A DNA stretch of 64,000 nt from Escherichia phage Delraymugoa: the sequence record OR896825.1; one strand, 5' to 3'. Of this stretch, positions 24,034 to 34,776 are shown piece after piece (the stretch's first letter is position 1; the number at the start of each line of letters is the position of its first letter). The position numbers and the translations under genes were made by a program. The notes under the pieces are model-generated. The model worked only from the letters and a program-made list of their open reading frames with translations. It had not been told where the DNA came from and searched no databases.

Positions 24034-25008
24034 TTACATCGCTAACAGAGAGTCCAGGTCATCCAGATCAGAAGCGGAGGAAGTACCGCCACCCAGATCC
24101 AGCGATGCCATCAGGTCATCAGCGGAAGAATCTAACGCCGTGCTAGCTGCGTTAATACCAACTACAGTGCTAGCTGCGGTAGTACCAGCATCGAATGCAT
24201 TCATCTGTGCGTCAAAATCGTCAAGCTGGCTGTTAATCGCTGCCGCAGCACTGGAAGCCGCAGCACCAGCTACCATAGACACACCCATAGTTTTCTTAAA
24301 TTTGGTTTCCAGTTCATCGAACGGTTTAAACTGGCTAGGCGCTACAATCTCACCCAGATCAACCATGTTTTCCATCAGATATTTCTGATATGCTTCGTCT
24401 TCAATTTTCGGAAGCTGTGATTGCTGCATGAAACGAGAATCATCATAGTTCTGGTGTTTATCAACCTTCTTAGCTTTCAGGAGGAAGTTAGCACCGGAGA
24501 ACACACAAGTTACATCTACCGGAACTTCGCCCATGTCGGTATTCACGTTCACCATCGCAACAATCTTATCGTAAATTTTCTGACCGAAGCGGAATTTGAA
24601 TACCTTACCTTCATTTTCTGGTGCTTGAGGATCTTTCAGTACCAGAATGTTTGCGTAGTAAGACGCTTTACGCTTAATCAGTTGCCATTCGGTTTTATCG
24701 GTATTGTACAGGTCTTTTTCGTTAATATATTTGCACACAGGGCAAGAATCAAAATCACCGTGGGTGCTGGAGCAGTTTTCCCAATACCATTTGCCATTAA
24801 CTTTGAAGGAATGGTTTACCAGTTTCACAATCGGCAGACCGTCTTCTGTCTTAGACGGCAGGAAGCGAATCAGGGCTTCACCGTTACCTGCTGCATCAGT
24901 CTTAATCTTCCACTCTTTCGGATCTTCTTTGGAGAAACCGTTGCCACCTTTCAGTGCGGCCAGTTGAGCTTGCAGTTTGGAAGAATCTTGGCGTTTAAAC
25001 ATATTCAC
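24034..25008 (-). CDS. 32: single-stranded DNA-binding protein (gp32)
   Basis: [29 protein letters not shown] zinc site, acidic C-terminus; strong match to T4 gp32. Confidence 0.9.
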   Translation of the reverse strand: MNMFKRQDSSKLQAQLAALKGGNGFSKEDPKEWKIKTDAAGNGEALIRFLPSKTEDGLPIVKLVNHSFKVNGKWYWENCSSTHGDFDSCPVCKYINEKDLYNTDKTEWQLIKRKASYYANILVLKDPQAPENEGKVFKFRFGQKIYDKIVAMVNVNTDMGEVPVDVTCVFSGANFLLKAKKVDKHQNYDDSRFMQQSQLPKIEDEAYQKYLMENMVDLGEIVAPSQFKPFDELETKFKKTMGVSMVAGAAASSAAAAINSQLDDFDAQMNAFDAGTTAASTVVGINAASTALDSSADDLMASLDLGGGTSSASDLDDLDSLLAM

Positions 25009-25062
25009 TATTCCTTCTTTTGATTGATTTACTAGACTATTATACAGATTTAAATTTACTTG

Positions 25063-25743
25063 TCAACTATTTGTTTCGGCTTTTAATTGAGATATTTCTT
25101 TACACTCTTTAACTACTTTAACAAATAATGCTCTTGCTTTTGCGGCGTCAATAACAAGTAGTTTCTTGTACGCCTTCATTTTAACACTATAAGTTTGCCA
25201 AATCAAGTCTTTGGCTACCTTGTCGTGTTCGTCGATTATATTTAGAAAGCTATCTAACAACATAAACGACTCAAACGATATAATCCGATTTTGCAGTAGT
25301 TTAAAAATACCGCTTGTTTCGGTTGCGGGATTGTATGTAATTAGATCTTTAAGAGTAACCCCGCGTTTCTCGGAGAAGTATACCAGACTTTTAATGTCAT
25401 CGTCAAATCGTGTTGCTGCATCAGTGATTTTACCGATGTACTCCATGTAAAACCCGTATGCGTCAACATCGGTGATTTCACCTACCCATGCATCGGTATT
25501 AGCTACCAGATTGCTTAGGAATAGGAAGTATAATTCTCTTAGATTGTACTTTTCCGCTAATTTTGCGAAATAATACTTATCTCTGCGTTTATTGAATGCG
25601 GCATCAGACAACCGCATCCTCCAATTGTATTTTACGCAATCATAACGCCCGTTCATGTGAGCTTTCATCATGCAATATAACATATACACAGATTTAGCAT
25701 TAATTCGCATATCTGGATCTGGAGGAAGACGGTTTCTGATCAT
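25063..25743 (-). CDS. 59: helicase loader gp59
   Basis: KSVYMLYCMMKAHMNGRYDCVKYNW and FKLLQNRIISFESFMLLDSFLNIIDEHD match T4 gp59. Confidence 0.85.
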   Translation of the reverse strand: MIRNRLPPDPDMRINAKSVYMLYCMMKAHMNGRYDCVKYNWRMRLSDAAFNKRRDKYYFAKLAEKYNLRELYFLFLSNLVANTDAWVGEITDVDAYGFYMEYIGKITDAATRFDDDIKSLVYFSEKRGVTLKDLITYNPATETSGIFKLLQNRIISFESFMLLDSFLNIIDEHDKVAKDLIWQTYSVKMKAYKKLLVIDAAKARALFVKVVKECKEISQLKAETNS

Positions 25744-25752
25744 ACATACCCC

Positions 25753-26022
25753 TTAAATATCGAGAGTGTTGGTCGGTTCGTCGATCACTCCCTTCCTGAG
25801 CGTTCTATTTACTATACATTCTTGTGTGATCTTGTCAATAATGGACACCGGAATATACTTCTGATAGTGACCATATTCGATAGAGTTTTCCTCTACAAAC
25901 TGCGTTGTCGCTTCAAGATAAGTCAATCCCTCTTCAACAACCAGTTTTTCGATTGCAAGACCGTTTGCTGTTTTATTCGCGGCTTTTACCGCATGTTCAT
26001 TAAGCATTGAACACCCGATCAT
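25753..26022 (-). CDS. 33: late transcription co-activator gp33
   Basis: LTYLEATTQFVEENSI matches T4 gp33 core. Confidence 0.7.
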   Translation of the reverse strand: MIGCSMLNEHAVKAANKTANGLAIEKLVVEEGLTYLEATTQFVEENSIEYGHYQKYIPVSIIDKITQECIVNRTLRKGVIDEPTNTLDI

Positions 26023-26275
26023 AGAGTTCTACCGCTTCGTCGCGTTCTGCTTCGAAGGTTTCGCGCTGTTGCTGGTGATACAGTTTAAACAGAATGCCCC
26101 ACATTTTACCATCTACGCCTAATTCTTCTTTAGCACGCTGTTTGATCTCTTTGATCTTATCGCCATATGCTTCTTGAATGGTTTTCTGATCGCTGGCTTC
26201 TTTAATCAGTTGTGCCAGGGTATTTCCGTGTACATTTTCATCGAATACTACTTTTTCTTTTTTCTGTTCAGTCAT
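26000..26275 (-). CDS. dsbA: dsDNA-binding protein DsbA
   Basis: RAKEELGVDGKM and ELYDRVF match T4 DsbA. Confidence 0.75.
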   Translation of the reverse strand: MTEQKKEKVVFDENVHGNTLAQLIKEASDQKTIQEAYGDKIKEIKQRAKEELGVDGKMWGILFKLYHQQQRETFEAERDEAVELYDRVFNA

Positions 26276-26280
26276 AATAT

Positions 26281-26880
26281 TTAACCCTCTTTCGTCATTA
26301 ATTGAAAACCACGTTCAGCTTTTGAAATTTCGCTAGGACTTAAATCGTCACCAACATATTCTAGCATCATTTCTCGGATAATGTCAAGTGCTTTTTCATC
26401 ACCTGATTTTAACTCGAACTCAAGTTCATAATGAGCAGTGTTTCCCAATCCTTCGCCTACTTTGCCATAATAGAAAGTGTCTTTGCACATTTCCACTATA
26501 CCACAACCCATATCTAGAGTCAATGACTTGCGATATGTCATTACTTGCATTATTGCAGTGATATAGTCGGAGTTTACCCCTAGACTATCAATAAAATGGA
26601 CGAACTCATCCCAATTTGAAAATGTCATTTCCTCGCGGTTGAATAGTCCAGATTCATTATCACCCATTTTGACCATGATCTCTGATTTTCTACAGTCAAG
26701 TCGTGCATAAATTCCTTTTTGACGTAGCGCATGATCTTCGGTATCATAATAAAATTCGTGTTTTAATATGTTATCTCGGTCTAAGAGATTGTACCCGTCA
26801 TACATTGCCACCCACAAATCACAGATGGTTTCGACGCCAATTTGTGAGTGTGCATAGTATTTTAATTCAAGTTCTTTCAT
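26281..26880 (-). CDS. CYTH-domain (triphosphate tunnel metalloenzyme / class IV adenylate cyclase-like) protein
   Basis: N-terminal ExExK (MKELELKY), YYDT, LRQKGIYARLD, C-terminal acidic YELEFELK. Confidence 0.5.
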   Translation of the reverse strand: MKELELKYYAHSQIGVETICDLWVAMYDGYNLLDRDNILKHEFYYDTEDHALRQKGIYARLDCRKSEIMVKMGDNESGLFNREEMTFSNWDEFVHFIDSLGVNSDYITAIMQVMTYRKSLTLDMGCGIVEMCKDTFYYGKVGEGLGNTAHYELEFELKSGDEKALDIIREMMLEYVGDDLSPSEISKAERGFQLMTKEG

Positions 26881-26890
26881 GTGTCAACCC

Positions 26891-27838
26891 TTAGAACTCA
26901 CCAATTTTCTGTAACATTTTAACTAACGCATTTGTTACAAAATAGTTATAAATTTTACCGCGTGGTGCTGGTTTAGATTTTTCCCATGCTAACAAAATTT
27001 CATATTCGATGTTATCAGGAATAAATTCAAAATCAATAAGTTCGCGGTTTTCGTCAAAGCGTCGTGCTTCTTCCTCTGTCATCAAAGACTTTGGATCTTC
27101 GGCATCGAAAATTTGCTCTAACCATTTGGTTGCAATTGGTTTAGCTCGTTCTCCTTCCAGTCGTGAGATAATGAAATCACTACGGCACTTGATAGAAGCT
27201 ACACCGTCTTTTGCGTCACCCTTAACACATTTTACCATAAGGTCTTTGTAAGGGCTACCATATTTGCATTTCTTCCACGCTTTCTGTACTGGCGACCACT
27301 GTTTCACGTTTTTGTATTTGTGCAACTGTGTGTAGTCACCATCGCCTGAGTTGATCAGCACCTGGCGACCTTCGACAGAAAACTTTTTAGTTAACACAGC
27401 GATTATATCATCCGCTTCAACTTTGTCAACCTTAATAACGTGATAAGGCATGTTCTCTTTAAACTCTTCGGTGATCTTATTGATCGCAGCAAAGATCATC
27501 TCCCAATCACGCGGATCTGCGTCTCGTTTTTCCTTACGGTTGCGTTTATAGTAAGGGGCGATATCACGTCGCCAGTAACCTTTACTTGAATCAAAGGCAA
27601 GTACCGTAATTGGGTATTGCTCTTTGAATTTTGTCATATTATAACGCATGGTGTCAAGAATAAGATGACGAATCATGCCTTCATTAATAGGATCTTCCGG
27701 TTTAAAGGTATGCGAGATAGTAGCAATCATAAGCTGCGACATATCAATCAAATGCACACCTTCCGGCAGTTTATCTTCTGGATCATCGAAGAAATCATTA
27801 AGTGTAGCGGTAGTTTTTGTAAACGGGTTATACGTCAT
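26891..27838 (-). CDS. rnh: RNase H / 5'-3' flap exonuclease
   Basis: GYWRRD, KVDKVEADDIIAVL, SGDGDYTQLHKY match T4 RNase H. Confidence 0.85.
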   Translation of the reverse strand: MTYNPFTKTTATLNDFFDDPEDKLPEGVHLIDMSQLMIATISHTFKPEDPINEGMIRHLILDTMRYNMTKFKEQYPITVLAFDSSKGYWRRDIAPYYKRNRKEKRDADPRDWEMIFAAINKITEEFKENMPYHVIKVDKVEADDIIAVLTKKFSVEGRQVLINSGDGDYTQLHKYKNVKQWSPVQKAWKKCKYGSPYKDLMVKCVKGDAKDGVASIKCRSDFIISRLEGERAKPIATKWLEQIFDAEDPKSLMTEEEARRFDENRELIDFEFIPDNIEYEILLAWEKSKPAPRGKIYNYFVTNALVKMLQKIGEF

Positions 27839-27840
27839 AA

Positions 27841-28026
27841 TTAAGTTCTCTCCACTCTCACAACAACATATTCGCCAAACGAGTTAGATACTTCACGATC
27901 ATACCCGTATTTCTCCATAACTCGCAGAATTGCATTGTTTAATTCGGCACGGAAATAATTGTAATCCTTATCAGGGATTCTGTCAACTACCCATTTTGCA
28001 CCTTCTGACAAATCAACTTTAACCAT
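27841..28026 (-). CDS. hypothetical protein (61 aa)
   Basis: ORF. Confidence 0.4.
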   Translation of the reverse strand: MVKVDLSEGAKWVVDRIPDKDYNYFRAELNNAILRVMEKYGYDREVSNSFGEYVVVRVERT

Positions 28027-28064
28027 AATATATCATCCTCTTTTGTTTCTATCAAGCCTTATTT

Positions 28065-28072
28065 TATAAATA
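28065..28072 (+). promoter_or_regulatory. T4-type late promoter TATAAATA upstream of gene 34
   Basis: exact TATAAATA 29 nt before ATG 28101. Confidence 0.65.
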
Positions 28073-28100
28073 TGAACATACTATAAAAGGAGACCCAATA

Positions 28101-31100
28101 ATGGCAGATTTTTCTCAACATTTCAAGGCCACATTTGGCTTTGACGCTGGTAATGAAAAGGTCGTCAATGTAGCATTGGCTGATAAGAATGTCAACACCG
28201 ATGCGGTCAACGTTGAATTTTTCAATTACCATAATGGTATTACTCAGTATGACACAACTCGCGGTTATGATCAATACGGAACTACAATCTATCAAAACCG
28301 TCCGTATTATGCAAAAGAAGATATCACAAAGCCAGCAGGTGATTTTGACCCGACTAAATGGCAAGCACTGCGCACGGACCCACGTTGGGATTATATTGCA
28401 GCAACTTCCGGTGATACTCCTTTAAAGTCTGGTGATTATATCGCAGCAGATGGTCAATTTGCAAACTTGACTTTCTCTATGCCAACTAAACCAGCAGAGG
28501 GAGACACTATAACAGTAAAAGATATCGGTGGCAAGTGTGGTGTTAACGAATTATCGTTCTTGAGTACAGGACATGAGTTTTACCATAACGGTAATGTGTA
28601 TAACAGAAAATGGTATTGCACTACCCCGTATGCAATGAACTATTTCATCTTTGTTCGGAATCGTTGGCATGTTTATCAGACAGGAACAGAGCCACGCGGT
28701 GTGTACGCACAGCCAGCGATTGATGCTATTCAAATGCAGAATGGTGATCAGGTATTTCGTCGTAGTTCGTTGGGTAATATTACCTTAGTGCTTCCTAAGT
28801 TTGCCAACAATGGCGACATGATCCAGACTACAGACCTTGACGGATTAACCGCAACCAACCACGTTACGGTTAAAGTTCATGAGCACGCAGAAGAACAATC
28901 AATTGGCACGTCCGGTCTAAAAGAGATTATCGGTAAGCGTAGCGGTCATGGTGTATTCATCTTTGACAAGACGGAAAACTTATGGCGTTTGTGGGATGGT
29001 GATCAGTCTGTTCGTCTTAAACCGATCATCAATGACACTCGCTTGCAACCTAATAGCTATGTTGCTGTATTTGGTGGTCGTGATGTTACTCTGACGCTGC
29101 CGACCAATGTCGAGCCGGGTGATCGTATTCAAGTTTCTATGCAGTATATGCACGGAAACCAGACTTGCCGAATCATTACCTCAGAAGAGGATACAAAAAT
29201 CCTTATGCAGAAAAACATGGTTCAGTTTCCTAAGCGTAGCGAGTACCCATTCAATGGGACCGATACATGGACTGGAGTGTCTGAATTGTCTTTCAACGCT
29301 GCAAATGATTATGTACCTTATCTGGAGTTCTCTTATTCAGAAGGTGATGATGGTAAGAAATACTGGTTGGTGGCACATGCTCACCCGATTGTAGAACGAG
29401 TAGATCCGACTCGTAAAGATCGTGTTGGTGTAATTGCACTGGCTACCCAGACTGAAACGAATAAAAACCATGAAGAGAATCCTAGCGACGAAGTTGCTGT
29501 AACACCAAAAATGCTGGCTAATAAAACAGCCAACGAAACTCGACGCGGTATTGCTCGCATTGCGACTCAAGCGGAAACGCATCAAGATACTGGTTCCAAC
29601 TTCCTGGATGATGTTATCGTTACACCCAAAAAGTTAAATGACTGTGTTGCTACCGAAGCCCGTCGTGGTGTGATGGAAATTGCAACCCAGCACGAAACCA
29701 ATGAAGGTTTAGACGATACCCGCGCTATTACTCCTAAGAAATTAGAAGAACGTCGCGCTTCCGAAGATCTAGCTGGTATTGCTGAAATTGTTCAGGCTGG
29801 CGGTAGTGCTGCCGCTCGACGTGGCGAAGCTGGTACAGGGATCTATAACATCAACGACCATGCTAAAATTGTTACGCCACAAAACATCAACGAAGTCAAG
29901 GCGACCGAAACTTCCCGTGGTGTTGGCTATCTGGCAACTGACGCGGAAGTGCAAGGGGCTACAGAATCAACCCCGCAAGATGCTTTACTAATCACGACTC
30001 GCACGCTAACGAAACGTACTGCTACCGAATCGCGCACTGGTATCGCTGAAATTGCAACTCAGGAAGAAACAAACTTAGGTCAAAGTGATAACCATATCAT
30101 CACGCCTAAAAAGCTGCATACTCGCCGCGCAACTGAAACTTTACATGGTTTAGCAGAAATTGCAACTCAACCGGAGTTTGACGCAGGTCGTGACGATTCT
30201 CGCATTTCTACCCCATTGAAGATTAAAACCTTCTTTGAGAATGCACAGCGTTTGAAAGTAGATCCGACTCAGGGGCTTAACCTTACTGGTGATTTGTGGC
30301 AAGGTATCATGATCAGCGGTCTGGATGCAACCGAAGACACAAAAGGTGTCGCTAAAGTTGCTACTACTCAGCTTACTGACGCTGGTCAAGATGATACTAC
30401 AATCATCACGCCTAAAAAGCTGCAAGGCAAAAAGGCCACCGAAGGTAAAGAAGGTATTATCCGGGTTGGTACTCAAGCCGAAACCGTTGCTGGTATTATG
30501 GACAATGTAGCAATTTCTCCGAAGAACTTCAAATATGTTGTTCAGACAGAGGATACATGGAAAGCAACCGAAGCGCGTCGTGGATTCTTGAAAGTTGCTA
30601 CTCAGGAAAACTGTTTTGTTGGTGACAATCTGCAAGGTTCTACTCAAGAACTAGGAAACTACCAGCATGACGGAATTGCTGTTACCCCGAAAGGATTAAA
30701 CTACGCACTTGCTAATTTCTTACCTAAGATGGCAACCGCTCAGAATAGTTTGAAATTGGGTAACGTAGAGGCCGCTAAATGGGCGCGTAGAGACATTGAC
30801 CAGACCATAGAGAGCAATTACACGTTTAATAAAAAAGTTAACGTGAAGGGCGATTTAGAGTGCTTAAAATCAGGTTCCTTTGAAACTCTGTCTGTGACTA
30901 AGAACTCGACCGATGTTCCGAGTAATGGTCATCTGGTGTTGGGTGAGCGTGGAGTTGACGGTCACACCGGAATTACTCTGCATGGCACAACCGCATCGGA
31001 AGGCATGAAAAACTCTTGGTCTATTATCGTTGGTGGTACGGGAACAGCGCAAGTTGTTGATAGTGATGCTATCGCTTTCGGTAAAATCAATGATGGTGGA

Positions 31101-31841
31101 GTCGTTGAGCATTACGCCTTTGCTATGAAACACAATGGCGACGCGACAGCATATAGAGACTTTATTGCAGGTCGTAACCTGTATGCGAAACAAGGCGGTT
31201 TATACATTGTTGACCAGTCTAATCCGGCAATGACTCGTTCCCCAGATGGTATGCTGAATATCGGCCACGGTGGAAGTGTTAACATCAAGGCAGGTCATCA
31301 AACGTTAACTACAGAGATCGCCGGACAGAAATATCAGATCGTACACGCAGGAAACGCTGACGAAGTTCTTAACCGTCAGTTTGTTAAGAATGCTGGCGAT
31401 ACAATGGTCGGTAAGCTGACTATGGATAATGCGCCTATTGTTTCTGTTAAGCATGAAGCTAGCGCGGCAACCGCTCCGGCAATCGGTAACATCGGTTTCT
31501 GGAATATGCGAGTTACTACCCAGAACATCAAAGAAACTTATCCAGAGAAGAAAAACGGTACTCTGATGCAATGGGGTACTGACGCGGACGGGCTTACCCA
31601 GCTTTGGTCCCCTGATGGTACTCATAAACATTATATCCGTTCCGGTACTGGTGGTCAATGGACCGCATGGGGTGAAATTTACACCAAACAGAACAAGCCT
31701 ACCGCTCAGGAAATTGGGGCAGTGGTTGCCGAAGGTGGTTTGATGAACTCTATGACGGTTCGTGATTGGATCAAAGTTGGTAATGTTAAAATCATCGCCA
31801 ATAATCTGACTCGTACCGTAGACTTTATCTGGGAAGACTAA
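28101..31841 (+). CDS. 34: long tail fibre proximal subunit (gp34-like)
   Basis: 1246 aa, repeated GIAEIATQ.ET...ITPKKL motifs, followed by 35-36-37. Confidence 0.8.
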   Translation: MADFSQHFKATFGFDAGNEKVVNVALADKNVNTDAVNVEFFNYHNGITQYDTTRGYDQYGTTIYQNRPYYAKEDITKPAGDFDPTKWQALRTDPRWDYIAATSGDTPLKSGDYIAADGQFANLTFSMPTKPAEGDTITVKDIGGKCGVNELSFLSTGHEFYHNGNVYNRKWYCTTPYAMNYFIFVRNRWHVYQTGTEPRGVYAQPAIDAIQMQNGDQVFRRSSLGNITLVLPKFANNGDMIQTTDLDGLTATNHVTVKVHEHAEEQSIGTSGLKEIIGKRSGHGVFIFDKTENLWRLWDGDQSVRLKPIINDTRLQPNSYVAVFGGRDVTLTLPTNVEPGDRIQVSMQYMHGNQTCRIITSEEDTKILMQKNMVQFPKRSEYPFNGTDTWTGVSELSFNAANDYVPYLEFSYSEGDDGKKYWLVAHAHPIVERVDPTRKDRVGVIALATQTETNKNHEENPSDEVAVTPKMLANKTANETRRGIARIATQAETHQDTGSNFLDDVIVTPKKLNDCVATEARRGVMEIATQHETNEGLDDTRAITPKKLEERRASEDLAGIAEIVQAGGSAAARRGEAGTGIYNINDHAKIVTPQNINEVKATETSRGVGYLATDAEVQGATESTPQDALLITTRTLTKRTATESRTGIAEIATQEETNLGQSDNHIITPKKLHTRRATETLHGLAEIATQPEFDAGRDDSRISTPLKIKTFFENAQRLKVDPTQGLNLTGDLWQGIMISGLDATEDTKGVAKVATTQLTDAGQDDTTIITPKKLQGKKATEGKEGIIRVGTQAETVAGIMDNVAISPKNFKYVVQTEDTWKATEARRGFLKVATQENCFVGDNLQGSTQELGNYQHDGIAVTPKGLNYALANFLPKMATAQNSLKLGNVEAAKWARRDIDQTIESNYTFNKKVNVKGDLECLKSGSFETLSVTKNSTDVPSNGHLVLGERGVDGHTGITLHGTTASEGMKNSWSIIVGGTGTAQVVDSDAIAFGKINDGGVVEHYAFAMKHNGDATAYRDFIAGRNLYAKQGGLYIVDQSNPAMTRSPDGMLNIGHGGSVNIKAGHQTLTTEIAGQKYQIVHAGNADEVLNRQFVKNAGDTMVGKLTMDNAPIVSVKHEASAATAPAIGNIGFWNMRVTTQNIKETYPEKKNGTLMQWGTDADGLTQLWSPDGTHKHYIRSGTGGQWTAWGEIYTKQNKPTAQEIGAVVAEGGLMNSMTVRDWIKVGNVKIIANNLTRTVDFIWED

Positions 31842-31874
31842 TTAAAGGGGGCGAAAGCCCCCTATGGGGTTATT

Positions 31875-33014
31875 ATGACACAAGATATAGAATTACGCAA
31901 TACTGGAATTAGGTTTGCGCATTTCGACGAAGACTCTGCGACATTTACCAGCATTTCAGAAAATAACTCTGTGATGTATAAGCTGGAAGTGCGCGGATCT
32001 AATGCGGATTCTACCAAACCAGCAAGGATTAGATTTAATGGAGTGGAGATCGTTGGCACTGGCTATGAAAATGGCCTAAATTTTAAAGTTCTTACTCCAA
32101 CTGGACAGCTACACGAAGAAAAGGTATTCTATGGTCGCGGTGCTGTTTTGGCAATGCGTGATTATCTTTCTTTGCTGAAAGGTGACTATATCATTGCGAT
32201 GGCAACGCATGGAGAATTGTTTGCAGATCCGATAAGTGATGTTGTATTTTCTAAGATGGGATCTGTATCATTCCCGAATCACATTTTGTTACAGCAAATG
32301 CCTCGTGTATCCTATGCAGCAATTTATTCTACTAAAATGGGTAAAATTGTGTGCGAAGGGATGCAAGCGACCAACGGGGAAGGACAAGATTCATCTATAC
32401 AAATTGAGAAAGTCTATGATACTATAGATGATCTTGCTATAACAGGAACACCACAACGATTTTTAGATTATCCGGTTGAGTATGTTAGCGAAGATGCCGA
32501 ACATTTCGAGCTAATACAATGGCCTCATGATGAGATCAGCGCACCACTTGAAGATTTTAACATAAAAGCAGGTGACAAACTATCAATATCTTTTGAATTG
32601 TTCCGTGATAGTGCCGCAGCCGCAGCCAACGTAACAGCGCGTTTCTATCACAACTACTTCACCGATGGACAATATAAAACTGGTGTTCGATACAATGCCA
32701 GCAAAAAAGATCAATGGGAAAAGTTTGAAGCCGTCTATACCGTACCGGAAGGAGTTGATAGTGTTACCACTGGTTGCGTTAGATATCCAACCAACTCAAA
32801 TGAAGGTATTGTTAAAGTTAGAAACATACTAATAACGCCGATCAGTGGAGTTGTCAAAACGACTGGTCCTACTTCCTTTGGTGTTAACGGTGTTAGAACA
32901 ACTCACATTCAGGATAACGGTGATTTTACTAACCCTGTAATGAGTCTTCTTAAACTACCCAGAGACAATAAACATATCACATCCAACAACTTTAAAGAGT
33001 TCGATGTTGATTAA
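31875..33014 (+). CDS. 35: long tail fibre hinge connector (gp35-like)
   Basis: 379 aa, position between 34 and 36. Confidence 0.6.
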   Translation: MTQDIELRNTGIRFAHFDEDSATFTSISENNSVMYKLEVRGSNADSTKPARIRFNGVEIVGTGYENGLNFKVLTPTGQLHEEKVFYGRGAVLAMRDYLSLLKGDYIIAMATHGELFADPISDVVFSKMGSVSFPNHILLQQMPRVSYAAIYSTKMGKIVCEGMQATNGEGQDSSIQIEKVYDTIDDLAITGTPQRFLDYPVEYVSEDAEHFELIQWPHDEISAPLEDFNIKAGDKLSISFELFRDSAAAAANVTARFYHNYFTDGQYKTGVRYNASKKDQWEKFEAVYTVPEGVDSVTTGCVRYPTNSNEGIVKVRNILITPISGVVKTTGPTSFGVNGVRTTHIQDNGDFTNPVMSLLKLPRDNKHITSNNFKEFDVD

Positions 33015-33025
33015 CATTTTTAACA

Positions 33026-33055
33026 AGCCGATCCATGTGGTCGGCTTTATTTTTA
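33026..33055 (+). terminator. rho-independent terminator after gene 35
   Basis: hairpin AGCCGA..TCGGCT followed by TTTATTTTTAT. Confidence 0.6.
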
Positions 33056-33174
33056 TATAGTTGGTTAAAATGTAACCAAAACGAAGAAAGATCTTTAGAA
33101 TATAGAAAATTTGTTTCGGTTAAAAATTAGTCAGTGCCTCCGGCACGTCGCGAAGCGATATTTTGTTAACATTC

Positions 33175-33182
33175 TATAAATA
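33175..33182 (+). promoter_or_regulatory. T4-type late promoter TATAAATA upstream of gene 36
   Basis: exact TATAAATA 34 nt before ATG 33216. Confidence 0.65.
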
Positions 33183-33215
33183 CTCGGAACTATAACTAAT
33201 TTTTGAGGTTACTTT

Positions 33216-34706
33216 ATGGCAGATTTGAAACATGGATCTACTGTAGGCGGATCTCCCATTTGGACGCAAGGAAACTTGACGATCCAGCCAGCGGGGGATC
33301 AGCTTTTCTACAAAGGTCATAAAATCTATACCGCTTTTGATAGACCTTCGGCTACCGATTTTGATGCTGTTAGCGCATCCGAAGGTGGAACATTTCAAAA
33401 GCAAGTTCATTTCGAGGAAGGTTTAAGCGTAGGTAGCGCATCGGCGGGTGAAACCAAAAAGAATGGTATCTTTAAAGGCCAGAGTGATGCTGCTAATTTT
33501 GACGGTGTAAGCTGGGGTTTGCATTCATGGAAGTCAATCGGCTTTGTTAATGCCCGTGATGGCGTTATCATGGCGTATATTGACACCACAACGGGCGAAT
33601 TTAAGTCTAAAGGGACTATCGAAGGGACAACCATTAAAGACACTGGTCAACGCGTCTATAGCCCTGTTAATAAACCAACGAATAATGATTTAGATTTGGT
33701 GTCTCGTCGCGGTGATACTCTCACAGGAACATATAATTTAAACACTGTCACTGTTAAACTATCGGTTGATTCGAAATTAATTGCAAGGGAACGTGATTTA
33801 ATTAATTTTGATGCGACTAAGATCTATTATGGTAACGTTCTTGACACGTTGGTCTTCCGAAGTAAAGATGAGCCTACCATTTTTGTTAATGGCAGAGAAG
33901 GTCGTTTTTATCACACCAACAATAAACCAACTAAAGCCGATGTTGGGCTAGGCAATGTCACCAATGATGCACAGGTTAAACGTGCTGGTGATATTATGGA
34001 AGGTAACTTGCAAGCGCCTAGAATGTTGGCGACAAACGATCCTGCTGGTCCTAATGAATTGGTTCGTTTGAGCTACTTTGAGAGAAAATCAATGGTAGCA
34101 AATCCAACCATCATTGGAAACGTTGATTGGAACACTCTTATTAATCGCGGTATCTATCGTGTGGAAAATGCTGGATCCGGTACTAATAAACCGTCTGATA
34201 GCTATTATAACGGCGTTTTGATGGTATATCGCCCAGAAGATGCGGTCGGTACTCGTCGAATTGTTCAAGTGTATTATCCTGAATCTATTGACCATCCGAT
34301 GTGCTGGCGTTCGTGTTCTAATGAATCATGGACTGCATGGAACTATGTAGATCACCGTAAATTAGCCGATATTCGCTATGTTAACGTCACTGGCGATACA
34401 ATGACAGGACCGTTAACTGTTCCGGCTGCAAACGGTGTTAGAACAGCTAAAACTAACTATAACGGGGATAACTGTTATGCGGCGTTAAGCGGTGCTGATG
34501 GTACTGCTATGATTCACCGCATTAGTGATATTAAAGGGACCGAAAAGCTGGGGATCACCCACGACTCAAAGGTCGTGTTTTTCCGTTCTAGAAACAATAC
34601 TCAAACCGTGGACCGCTATCAGCTTTATCATGAAGGTAATAAACCTACTCCGGCTGATGTTGGCGCGGTTCCACTTAATGCGGTGATTGATTTTGGTACT
34701 TTCTAA
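33216..34706 (+). CDS. 36: long tail fibre distal subunit, proximal part (gp36-like)
   Basis: 496 aa, repeated YH.GNKPT.ADVG motifs shared with gp37. Confidence 0.6.
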   Translation: MADLKHGSTVGGSPIWTQGNLTIQPAGDQLFYKGHKIYTAFDRPSATDFDAVSASEGGTFQKQVHFEEGLSVGSASAGETKKNGIFKGQSDAANFDGVSWGLHSWKSIGFVNARDGVIMAYIDTTTGEFKSKGTIEGTTIKDTGQRVYSPVNKPTNNDLDLVSRRGDTLTGTYNLNTVTVKLSVDSKLIARERDLINFDATKIYYGNVLDTLVFRSKDEPTIFVNGREGRFYHTNNKPTKADVGLGNVTNDAQVKRAGDIMEGNLQAPRMLATNDPAGPNELVRLSYFERKSMVANPTIIGNVDWNTLINRGIYRVENAGSGTNKPSDSYYNGVLMVYRPEDAVGTRRIVQVYYPESIDHPMCWRSCSNESWTAWNYVDHRKLADIRYVNVTGDTMTGPLTVPAANGVRTAKTNYNGDNCYAALSGADGTAMIHRISDIKGTEKLGITHDSKVVFFRSRNNTQTVDRYQLYHEGNKPTPADVGAVPLNAVIDFGTF

Positions 34707-34710
34707 TTTT

Positions 34711-34736
34711 AGCGGGGATTATCTCCCCGCTTTTCT
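34711..34736 (+). terminator. hairpin/terminator after gene 36
   Basis: AGCGGGGA-ttatc-TCCCCGCT then TTTTCT. Confidence 0.5.
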
Positions 34737-34776
34737 AAATAATATTATTCTAATAACCGTTTAAGGATTTTATAAA

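Noticed and set aside
28059-28364. Minus-strand ORF overlapping the start of gene 34; also 30150..30647, 30870..31193, 31305..31658, 34993..35277 and 36703..36915 inside fibre genes
   Set aside because: Antisense frames within long, well-supported plus-strand fibre genes; no RBS or promoter.
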